64,000 nt of DNA from an uncultured Acidobacteriaceae bacterium. Lineage in GTDB: Bacteria > Acidobacteriota > Terriglobia > Terriglobales > Acidobacteriaceae. Both the position numbers and the translations under genes were made by a program. This document shows positions 18,217 to 25,615 of this stretch, piece by piece. Each line of letters starts with the position of its first letter. Position 1 is the first letter of the stretch. The notes below the pieces were generated by a model. The model made no database searches and had not been told where the DNA came from. It worked only from the letters and a program-made list of their open reading frames with translations. Where the stretch lies: the NCBI GenBank assembly GCA_963703685.1, contig CAVPFI010000007.1, positions 3,662 to 67,661 on the forward strand, read 5' to 3'.

Positions 18217-18270
18217 GGTTGCCCCACCCTTGTCGCGCTTTTGCGACAGGATGGGGATTTTGACTTTCCT
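18217..18270. repeat. Family-A repeat (GGTTGCCCCACCCTTGTCGCGCTTTTGCGACAGGATGGGGATTTTGAC)
   Basis: Internal hairpin TTGTCGCG/CGCGACAA-like. Copies at 20141, 22611, 27166, 35716, 40751 and 40922. Confidence 0.75.
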
Positions 18271-18347
18271 CCCTCACCCTGCCGCGCTCGCGCATCGCAT
18301 AGTGGCGGTTTTTGCTGGCAACCGGCCACTGACAACTGGCAACTGCC

Positions 18348-19319
18348 TTACCTCTGCACCTTCACTTCGTAATGCGCAAAGTTCGCCCCCTTCACCACCG
18401 GAGCCCCAAACTTCACCACCACTTGTTGTTGTGTCAACGCGCTGGGCAGTCCGAGCTTGAACACTCGCGGATTCGGATCGGTCAGCCAGTGATACTCGAT
18501 CAGATCCTCGGTGACGATGTACGCCGGCAGCACCGCGGTTCCCGACCCAGGCGTCCCCGTATAGCCCACCGCCCACTCCGGAATCAGCGGCAGATCTCCC
18601 GCCTGCGTGCTCAACGCCTTCACCTTGAAACCCGCGGTGATTTCCACGGTATTCAACACCACGTTGAACTCCGTCTTCATCTCCCGGTCGATCAAGTCCA
18701 ACAGCACGGGATTGGCATAAATCGCCGTCGGCCGCACCTGGTACGAAGAATTCGACACCATTGATGCGATCGTGCTCTTCAGCCCATCCACAATGCTTGC
18801 TGTCGTCGCAATCGTGGTCGTGTTCCCGCCCGCCTCAATCTGCCCGATCACTCCGAAATACTGCGTCGTGGTCGGGGCGCTCAACGAGGTGTCCGTACCA
18901 TTCCACAGCGCCACATCGTGAGTGCGCATCAGTCCATCCACCGCATCCGCCAGGTCTTTCGCCTGCAAATACGCGAACTGGCTCTGCTGCGCCGTCACCT
19001 CCAGATCGAACAGGTTGTAGTTGATTTGCGACACCAGCGCCTTCAGCGGCACTGCCAGCTCAATCCGTGTTGGCGATTGCAATGTTGGAGCGATGTTGCG
19101 CGGATCCATGAAACCCTGCGCCGCAGTCGGAGACGCAATTGCCGTCTCCTCAAAAAACCGTGACGGATGCCCGGTCGCCGGCACCTGCTTGATCCGTTGT
19201 CCAAACGCTCCCCGCCGCCTCACGATGTCGAAAATCTCGGTTTGATACCGGTCAACTTCAATCGCGCCCGGCCCCAGAAAATCCGCCGCCGCCATCAAAT
19301 CCACAAATCGTCCTGCCAT
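18348..19319 (-). CDS. major capsid protein (HK97-fold type inferred)
   Basis: 323 aa from MAGRFVDLM (ATG at 19319, GGAGGAG RBS). Follows the scaffold gene. Size and composition are typical of major capsid proteins. Confidence 0.7.
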   Translation of the reverse strand: MAGRFVDLMAAADFLGPGAIEVDRYQTEIFDIVRRRGAFGQRIKQVPATGHPSRFFEETAIASPTAAQGFMDPRNIAPTLQSPTRIELAVPLKALVSQINYNLFDLEVTAQQSQFAYLQAKDLADAVDGLMRTHDVALWNGTDTSLSAPTTTQYFGVIGQIEAGGNTTTIATTASIVDGLKSTIASMVSNSSYQVRPTAIYANPVLLDLIDREMKTEFNVVLNTVEITAGFKVKALSTQAGDLPLIPEWAVGYTGTPGSGTAVLPAYIVTEDLIEYHWLTDPNPRVFKLGLPSALTQQQVVVKFGAPVVKGANFAHYEVKVQR

Positions 19320-19408
19320 GTTTTCTCCTCCATTAGTTTTTGTGCTCGAAATCAAAATCTGCTGTCAAAACTTTCTGTAATCCCAAACTGTCGTTGTCCA
19401 AAACGGGC

Positions 19409-19470
19409 TGTCATCCTGAGCGTAGGAGTTGCTTCACAAAGTGAAGCAACGCCGCAGTCGAAGGATCCCT
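19409..19470. repeat. Family-B palindromic repeat
   Basis: TGTCATCCTGAGCG, hairpin GTTGCTTCAC aaa GTGAAGCAAC, then GCAGTCGAAGGATCCCT. Confidence 0.8.
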
Positions 19471-19621
19471 TTCTGTGTTATGCAACGGCGGCCTCAAAAG
19501 AAATTCTCAAGAACGCCTTCGAATGTCCGCATAGGCTCTCCCTTTGCGCGCAAAACAAAAGGCACGACGAAAGTCGTGCCCTTGTTAAGAGCCAAAAGTA
19601 AAAGCCAGAAGCTAAAAGCCC

Positions 19622-20065
19622 CTACTCGATCATCCCCGCCCGCGCCAACTCCGCCTTCACCGCAATCCGCTGCTCCACACTCAAACTCTGCAACGTCTTA
19701 TCCAACACTCCCTTTTCAATTTTCTCGCTGCCAGTGTCCGTCCCACTCTTCGCCAGAATCGCCGAGACCATGGGCGGAAGCGTCTTCCGCACCATTCGCG
19801 CCGCCTGCGCTTTCAGATCGGTATTGGATTTCTCCAACTCGGAAACCCGTTCCTGCAATTGTCGCGCCGCCTCGACGTTCGACAATTCACGGTTCGCCGG
19901 TTCATACGATGCGTGCTCATCGACCGCCGCAACAATCCGGTCCACCTTCGCATTCAACGCATCCTGCTGCGAATCCAACCGCCCCAACACGCGATCCAAC
20001 GATTCAGCCGCACTCGCCAGCCGTTCCGCTGTCGCCATCAACTGCTGCACTATTTCATCACTCAT
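19622..20065 (-). CDS. head scaffolding-like coiled-coil protein
   Basis: 147 aa, strongly alpha-helical and charged (..LDSQQDALNAKVDRIVAAVDE..VSELEKSNTDLKAQAARM..). Located directly upstream of the capsid gene. Confidence 0.55.
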   Translation of the reverse strand: MSDEIVQQLMATAERLASAAESLDRVLGRLDSQQDALNAKVDRIVAAVDEHASYEPANRELSNVEAARQLQERVSELEKSNTDLKAQAARMVRKTLPPMVSAILAKSGTDTGSEKIEKGVLDKTLQSLSVEQRIAVKAELARAGMIE

Positions 20066-20094
20066 ACGCTTCCTTCCTCCTCTAACTCGTCGAA

Positions 20095-20220
20095 ACCTCT
20101 GTGAGCCCCTGTGCCCTCTGTGGTTAAAATGTTTCCATCTGGGTGCCCCACCCTTGTCGCGCTTTTTGCGACAGAGCCTGCCCTAAGCGAAGTCGAAGGG
20201 GTGGGGATTTTGATCCCCCG
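20095..20220. repeat. composite of a Family-C repeat and a Family-A repeat with an embedded AGCCTGCCCTAAGCGAAGTCGAAGG core
   Basis: CCTCTGTGAGCCCCTGTGCCCTCTGTGGTTAAA, then GGGTGCCCCACCCTTGTCGCGCTTTTTGCGACAG..GGGGTGGGGATTTTGATCCCC. Confidence 0.75.
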
Positions 20221-20232
20221 ACGCCCCGCGCC

Positions 20233-21021
20233 CTAGCCGCTCAACTCAATCCAAGTGTCCTGATACGCCGCCTTGTCCTTCCGCAAAATAGCCGCGCCCG
20301 TAAAAGTCACCTTCATCAATGTCCACACTTTCATTCGCGAATCCGCCACCACCACATCCGTGACTTCGAACGACATTCCCAACTCCCCCGCAGCGAGCGT
20401 ATTTGCACTGGCTCGCAAGGCAAGGGATGCAGGGGTTTCACTCGTACGTCCTCGCATAGTCATCGCCAAATTACGAATGCATTGCACCGCGGACGAAAGC
20501 GAAACTGTCAACCGAATTCCTCCGCGCTCGGTCGCCGCGTGCATCGCCAATCTTCCGCGTGTCCCATCCTTGCGCGCATTTTGCGCAAGAACCTGCCCTG
20601 AGCCCAGCCCGGCCGCATGGCCAGGCCGGATCGAGAGCGTGGGGACCTTGACTTCTTTTCTTTCACTCCGCCGACCCGACTTCTCAATCTCCCCCACGAT
20701 GTCAGGAAAATCCTTCGCGTACAGATATCCGCTAACCTCCAGATTGCGCCCGACCACATCCGCGCTCGTGATCACCCCAATCTTGCGCCGCACATCGTGC
20801 CGGTCAAACGTTGGAGCATAATCCACCGCCATCCCCAGCAACGAAGCCAACGCCGCCTCTGCAGCCCCTTTCGTCAGCACTACCCGTCGTCCGTTCGACC
20901 CCGAAGGCGCCCTCTGCGAGGGCGCATCCACCACCGTCAACACGCCCCGAAACGCCGCCCGGTTCGGATGCCCCTCCACTTCCGGCATCGCCACCGCCAT
21001 ACTCTCCAATGCAATCGTCAT
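20233..21021 (-). CDS. prohead protease/scaffold-like protein (by position), carrying an in-frame repeat insertion
   Basis: 262-aa ORF between portal and scaffold. The central stretch ..PGHAAGLGSGQVLAQNARKDGTRG.. is encoded by the repeat at 20559-20655. Protease catalytic residues could not be verified by eye. Confidence 0.5.
   Translation of the reverse strand: MTIALESMAVAMPEVEGHPNRAAFRGVLTVVDAPSQRAPSGSNGRRVVLTKGAAEAALASLLGMAVDYAPTFDRHDVRRKIGVITSADVVGRNLEVSGYLYAKDFPDIVGEIEKSGRRSERKEVKVPTLSIRPGHAAGLGSGQVLAQNARKDGTRGRLAMHAATERGGIRLTVSLSSAVQCIRNLAMTMRGRTSETPASLALRASANTLAAGELGMSFEVTDVVVADSRMKVWTLMKVTFTGAAILRKDKAAYQDTWIELSG
20559..20655. repeat. composite Family-A repeat inside the protease-like gene
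   Basis: GTGTCCCATCCTTGCGCGCATTTTGCGCAAGAACCTGCCCTGAGCC..hairpin GGCCGCATGGCC..GCGTGGGGACCTTGAC has the same architecture as 20141-20220. Confidence 0.7.
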
Positions 21022-21040
21022 GCAATCCTCATTTCTGTCC

Positions 21041-21143
21041 TGTCATCCTGAGCGAAGCAGACGAGCCGAGAAGGCTCGCCTGCGCAGTCGAAGGATCCCT
21101 ATACCCTTTCATCACACGAAGCCGGGTGGGATTTTGACTTCCC
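21041..21143. repeat. Family-B repeat followed by a Family-A 3' arm
   Basis: TGTCATCCTGAGCGAAGCAGACGAGCC gaga AGGCTCGCCTGCGCAGTCGAAGGATCCCT ... GGGTGGGATTTTGACTTCCC. Confidence 0.75.
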
Positions 21144-21161
21144 TAACTCCCCGCGACGAAC

Positions 21162-22499
21162 TCACGGCGTCCCCAACTCCGGCAACCCCCGCATCCGCCT
21201 CACCTCATTCACCGTCAGCACTCCGTTCTGCAACAGAATCTGCTGGATCTGCACCTCCTCCAGCGGATCCGTCGTATCCACATCCGCAAACACAAACTCC
21301 AGATCGTTCCATCCCAACTTCTTTGCGATCGCATCTCGCGTCAGCGACTCCGCCAGCAATCGCGCCGTCGGCACGATCGCCTGCCGAAACGCCAGGTCAT
21401 TCAATTCCTCCGCGGTGGAGCGATTCACGTCCCGCTCCACCCCGAGATAAAACGGAGGAAGGTCGAAAGCATCGGCGACAACTCGCAGCAGAAATTCCTG
21501 CCACTGCAGTCGTAAGTCTGCATCGGTGCCTCCACCGAACCTCAGTACCTCCGGTTTGCTTTCGGCCGATAGGATGGGCACCTTTCCCGTGCCCTCAATC
21601 TCGTCCTGCCACCACCGGATCAGTCGCTCGTGATGCTCCGGCGTCAAATCCTGCAACCACAGTGCATACTGCACGACGGTATTCGACGCCAGCCGCGAGG
21701 CGTACCGGTGCGCTCCCATAAAAGAATTGATCGTCTCGAACGCCACTTCCAGCCGCCCCAACCCAAACGGCGTATGGGTTCGCGGATTTAGCCGGATGTA
21801 AATCAACTCATCGTCATCCAGCTTGATCTGCGAATTCGCCCCCGATTGATCGTTCACCTGCATGTACCGTTGCGACTGCGGCGACCCATCCCACTCCAGG
21901 TTCATCCGAATCGACGCTCCATCCACCGGCCACAACACCAGCGGCAAGGTTTGTGTGGGGATAGCCGCTGGGGGCCCCATAGCTTGCCCTGAGCTTGTCG
22001 AAGGGTCTCGCCGCTTTTGCGAGACATGGGACTCTTCTCCCGACCGAGGCAAATCAGTTCGATCCCACTCCGGCCGGAGCTGCACTTCAATCGCACCAAA
22101 TCCGCCGACAATAATGTCTTCCAGCACCTGCTCCGCCAACGACCGGAACGAATCATCCGGATTCGGCGCATGAAAGTTATCCGTCAGCAGCCGCACCCGC
22201 TGCGCCCCAGCCGATATCGCCTCCAGCGCATACCCCTGCCGCGGCTGAATCCTCCACCGCATCCCCGCGATGCGATCCTTAATGCAGTTGATCGCCCGTC
22301 GTGCGATCGGTGTCTCCGAAAACCGCCGCAAGTTGTACGGAGTCGGTTTGGGCATCGCATCCGTCAGCGGCCCGTAAGAATTAAAGATCGAAGGCAGCGC
22401 CGAAGTCCGCCGCCTCTTCTCGATTTGCACTGAGGAGCTCCCCGAAGACACTCCCGCCACCCGGCGCCAGGCGCCGCGTACCGCCTCTGTAATTTTCAT
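21162..22499 (-). CDS. phage portal protein, carrying an in-frame repeat insertion
   Basis: 445-aa ORF. Size and position (after the terminase region, before protease/scaffold/capsid) fit a portal. The segment SHVSQKRRDPSTSSGQAMGPP is encoded by the repeat at 21971-22037. Confidence 0.7.
   Translation of the reverse strand: MKITEAVRGAWRRVAGVSSGSSSVQIEKRRRTSALPSIFNSYGPLTDAMPKPTPYNLRRFSETPIARRAINCIKDRIAGMRWRIQPRQGYALEAISAGAQRVRLLTDNFHAPNPDDSFRSLAEQVLEDIIVGGFGAIEVQLRPEWDRTDLPRSGEESHVSQKRRDPSTSSGQAMGPPAAIPTQTLPLVLWPVDGASIRMNLEWDGSPQSQRYMQVNDQSGANSQIKLDDDELIYIRLNPRTHTPFGLGRLEVAFETINSFMGAHRYASRLASNTVVQYALWLQDLTPEHHERLIRWWQDEIEGTGKVPILSAESKPEVLRFGGGTDADLRLQWQEFLLRVVADAFDLPPFYLGVERDVNRSTAEELNDLAFRQAIVPTARLLAESLTRDAIAKKLGWNDLEFVFADVDTTDPLEEVQIQQILLQNGVLTVNEVRRMRGLPELGTP
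21971..22037. repeat. Family-A/CCTGCCCTGAGC composite repeat inside the portal gene
   Basis: GGGGCCCCATAGCTTGCCCTGAGCTTGTCGAAGGGTCTCGCCGCTTTTGCGAGACATGGGACTCTTC. Confidence 0.7.
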
Positions 22500-22523
22500 G
22501 ATTATTTTTTCCTACCCCAACTC

Positions 22524-22665
22524 ACGTAGCGACAGCCGCCTCGGCTGTCCAAAAAGATTGTGTGGCGCGGGCACTCCTGCCCGCGAACTCTATGCATCGA
22601 TAAGTAATGCGGGTGCCCCATCCCTTGTCGCGTCGTTTGCGACAGGGTGGGGATTTTGACTCTCC
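22524..22665. repeat. three adjacent repeats: Family E (GACAGCCGCCTCGGCTGTCC), Family F (TGTGGCGCGGGCACTCCTGCCCGCGA) and Family A
   Basis: Family E copies also at 24521, 35828 and 63407. Family F copy at 17516. Family A as listed above. Confidence 0.75.
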
Positions 22666-22840
22666 CAAACTTCCTCGAAACTCTGCGCTCAGCTTTGCGC
22701 TCGTTCCACGCCAACGAGAAAGGATGCGATCCCCACTCAAAAACACTCCGCAGCATGTGAGCCTTCAGTCAACTCACTCTGTCTTATCTAAGTCACGTCA
22801 TCCTAAGGTAAACGAGGATCTCTGCGCTCGGGCAGCACAG

Positions 22841-23650
22841 TCACGCCCTCAACTCCGTCCGCGCTACCTCCGCAATCCCACTAATCTCCCCCACCCCCAC
22901 AATCCGAATCTTCTCCTCCTCCATCGCGCTCAACGCAAACTGCATAACCTCCTGCGTCCGATCCAACCCGTCATCGACCACCGCCGTCAATCGCGGAGTG
23001 GCCGCAGTCATCAGTTCCATTGCGGAAGCGATCTTCGGATATCGTGCCGCCAGCAGCACCGCAGCATCAACATTCGCCTTCAACGAAACCGCATGAAACA
23101 ACTTAATCTCGTTCCCCACTCGATACCCAAAATCAAACTTGAACGGATCCCCTGGCTTCGTGTAGGGAGCCACCGGCACCGAACTCAGAAACTTCGCCAC
23201 CCCCGCCTGCTCAAATGCATCCCGCATCGCTTCCAAAATACGCCCTCGACCGGTCGGCGCCCTGGCCGGCGAGACTTTGGCCTCATCCACGAAAATCGAG
23301 GCCAGTGTTTCGATCTCTGCAGCCGGCGTCGCCGTCACCACCTGCATCGGTGCGGAAAGCTGAATCACATTCGAAAACGAGTCCTCCATCCTTCTTAAGA
23401 GCATCGCGCGATCCTTGATTTCTCCAACCTCTGCTCGAATCTCACGCAGCAACGCCTCGATCACTTCCACGTCCGCCTGCGGATCCAGACGTTGCACCCG
23501 CTGCCAATCCTTGGCGAAACGAACATCCGCAAGCACCGATCCGTTTGCACCTGCTTCCACCATCAAAACCCCAATATTTACAAACTCCTGCCTGATCGCG
23601 TGAGGCACGTACCGCAGTAGAAAGAACTCGAGTTGCAATTGCTCACCCAT
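22841..23650 (-). CDS. DUF3037-like protein
   Basis: 269 aa. The N-terminus LEFFLLRYVPHAIRQEFVNIGVLMVE matches my recollection of the DUF3037 signature (..RF.P....EF.N.GV..). Same strand as the HipA-like kinase and 61 nt downstream of it. Confidence 0.6.
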   Translation of the reverse strand: MGEQLQLEFFLLRYVPHAIRQEFVNIGVLMVEAGANGSVLADVRFAKDWQRVQRLDPQADVEVIEALLREIRAEVGEIKDRAMLLRRMEDSFSNVIQLSAPMQVVTATPAAEIETLASIFVDEAKVSPARAPTGRGRILEAMRDAFEQAGVAKFLSSVPVAPYTKPGDPFKFDFGYRVGNEIKLFHAVSLKANVDAAVLLAARYPKIASAMELMTAATPRLTAVVDDGLDRTQEVMQFALSAMEEEKIRIVGVGEISGIAEVARTELRA

Positions 23651-23665
23651 TAAGAATTGCTTTTC

Positions 23666-23698
23666 CCCTGTGCGCCTCTGTGTCCTCTGTGATTAAAG
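23666..23698. repeat. Family-C repeat between the kinase and DUF3037 genes
   Basis: CCTGTGCGCCTCTGTGTCCTCTGTGATTAAAGT. Confidence 0.65.
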
Positions 23699-23711
23699 TC
23701 TTTGCTCTTCG

Positions 23712-24515
23712 TCAAGCCTGCTCCGCCCACCCCGGAAACGGCCTCCTCGGCGAAATCCGAAACGCCTCAATCAATTCCCGCACCGTTCCCCTTCGTTCAA
23801 TCAAAGTCCGTGCCAGTTGCTCCAACGCTTCCCACTCCCCTCCGTACCATTCCGGAGGAATCTCTCCCGCCAGCTTCCACACCAACTCCTGTTCCATATT
23901 CTCAACCCGCGACAACCAGGGCTCAAACGATCCCCACCCGCGCACGCCCTCATACACTTCATTCCGCGCATAAACTCCGCGCAGCGGATAATCCGGAAAT
24001 GTCCACTCTCCCGCGTTGAAACAATATCCCTGGTCGATAAATGACGCCGTATACTTCCTTTCCCGAAGCCGCTTCCAAAACGCCGCTTGCCGTCCATTCG
24101 CGTTCCCAGTCCATTTATCCAGCACGAGCATCCCAGAAAACGTCTCCAGATTTCTCACCATCCCCAGCATCTCCACCGGAAGATAATCCAACACCTGCCC
24201 CTCCAGCGGACTCACCACATACCGCGATCCAAATTGTAGTCCCGCCTGGCACCGAATCGTATTGTGCGCTAGTTGAATACTCAGCTCCGGCGTGTGCTCC
24301 ACCAGCCACTCGTCCACCTCCACAACTTCCGTCACCGGAACGGGAAGCCCCGCTCGCTCTGCTAACCGCGTAGCCAGCATCTCATTCGCCAGCACCCGCA
24401 AATGCTGCGGATTATTCCGAAACTTCACCACATAAAAGTTTCCATCCGAGCAGCGCATCAAATGCCCCTGCGCCCCGCCCCGCATCCGCCGCACGTGTTG
24501 TACCGCCTCTACCAA
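23712..24515 (-). CDS. HipA-like Ser/Thr kinase family protein
   Basis: 267 aa. VRRMRGGAQGHLMRCSDGNFYVVKF (Gly-rich loop plus VxK), LVLDKWTGNANGRQ (catalytic-loop-like D...N) and SFIDQGYCF (DxG). TTG start in the track. Confidence 0.6.
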   Translation of the reverse strand: MVEAVQHVRRMRGGAQGHLMRCSDGNFYVVKFRNNPQHLRVLANEMLATRLAERAGLPVPVTEVVEVDEWLVEHTPELSIQLAHNTIRCQAGLQFGSRYVVSPLEGQVLDYLPVEMLGMVRNLETFSGMLVLDKWTGNANGRQAAFWKRLRERKYTASFIDQGYCFNAGEWTFPDYPLRGVYARNEVYEGVRGWGSFEPWLSRVENMEQELVWKLAGEIPPEWYGGEWEALEQLARTLIERRGTVRELIEAFRISPRRPFPGWAEQA

Positions 24516-24863
24516 ATCATCCTACGTAGGGACAGCCGTCTCGGCTGTCCGTCAAGTGCAGCTCGACACTCTCTCCGTTCACAAAGCCCGCCATCTTACC
24601 CCAACCTCGCTGTTTTTCGCTGTGACGTATGAACATCCAATAGTGATATTTCAAGGCTGGTTGGAAATGCGCCGTCAATCCCGCCTATCATGTCGCCTGG
24701 CAATGCTTTTTGGTAAGAAGTCAGAGAACCGCGATCACGCAGTTGCGCGGTTGTTATTACACTATAATTTTTCGGGATTCACAGATCGTTGCGCGTGAAA
24801 CCAGCGCTGGACATTCCGCGCTCGGCTTTCGGAATCATTAAATCCGGGCCTCGAAGAACTTAC

Positions 24864-25079
24864 TTATGCGCTACGGCGCTCCGCATGAATAGTGTCGCGG
24901 TCTCGATTTAGGGCTTTGCTCCGAGTACGGTGGAACTCGGCAAACGACATCTTCGCCGCCGTTTCCTTAACGCCGCCCTTCGGCGGAGGCTCAGGCGAAA
25001 AGCCCTTCAGACCGAACCCCAACGCTCCAACCAATCCAAAAAATATAGCCAATATCCCCAGTACACTCGAATATTCCAT
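24864..25079 (-). CDS. small single-pass membrane protein with a basic tail
   Basis: 71 aa. MEYSSVLGILAIFFGLVGALGFGL TM segment followed by a Lys/Arg-rich C-terminus. Starts 1 nt after the stop of the upstream ORF. Confidence 0.5.
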   Translation of the reverse strand: MEYSSVLGILAIFFGLVGALGFGLKGFSPEPPPKGGVKETAAKMSFAEFHRTRSKALNRDRDTIHAERRSA

Positions 25080-25080
25080 T

Positions 25081-25425
25081 TCATCTCCTACGCTCTAGCC
25101 ATGCGCCCACGAAGAATGCACCAATACTAAGAAGCAGTGTAAGAGCCAGCCCTTTCGACTTGATCCCCTTCGGTATCAGAAAATCCAAAGGTACAAAAAT
25201 CAGGACCAACACTGCTGCTTCTCGGAGATACTCTCCCAACATCTCCCAAATCTGCTTAGGTTTGGGAGCGAACTTTTCTAACGCCGCCGTGATGTCGACT
25301 ACTGCTGGCCGAACTATTTGTTCATCAAGGTACCGGGCGAAACTGTCCAGCACCTCAACAGCTTCATCTTCGGTCATTACAGGCGCTGCCTCTAGCGAAT
25401 CCAACGTGCCCAAAGTACCTTGCAC
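25081..25425 (-). CDS. small membrane protein (soluble N-terminus plus two TM segments)
   Basis: 114 aa. C-terminal AAVLVLIFVPLDFLI and LALTLLLSIGAFFVGAWL. Lies in a segment that looks lower in GC by eye. Confidence 0.5.
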   Translation of the reverse strand: MQGTLGTLDSLEAAPVMTEDEAVEVLDSFARYLDEQIVRPAVVDITAALEKFAPKPKQIWEMLGEYLREAAVLVLIFVPLDFLIPKGIKSKGLALTLLLSIGAFFVGAWLERRR

Positions 25426-25615
25426 TTCTACACCAACGTAATTCAGACCGCTATAGGAATCTCGTGCCTGTTCGGATTCCCGTACAGGCTAACACGCATT
25501 TCAGATGCCATTTGGCCATTTTCGGATGTTTTCCTTTGTGATCGAGCGCTCCGCCGCAAATGCCTTTCTCAAAAGCCGATAATGGAACACCCAGAACTGA
25601 CACCGGAAACCCAAC

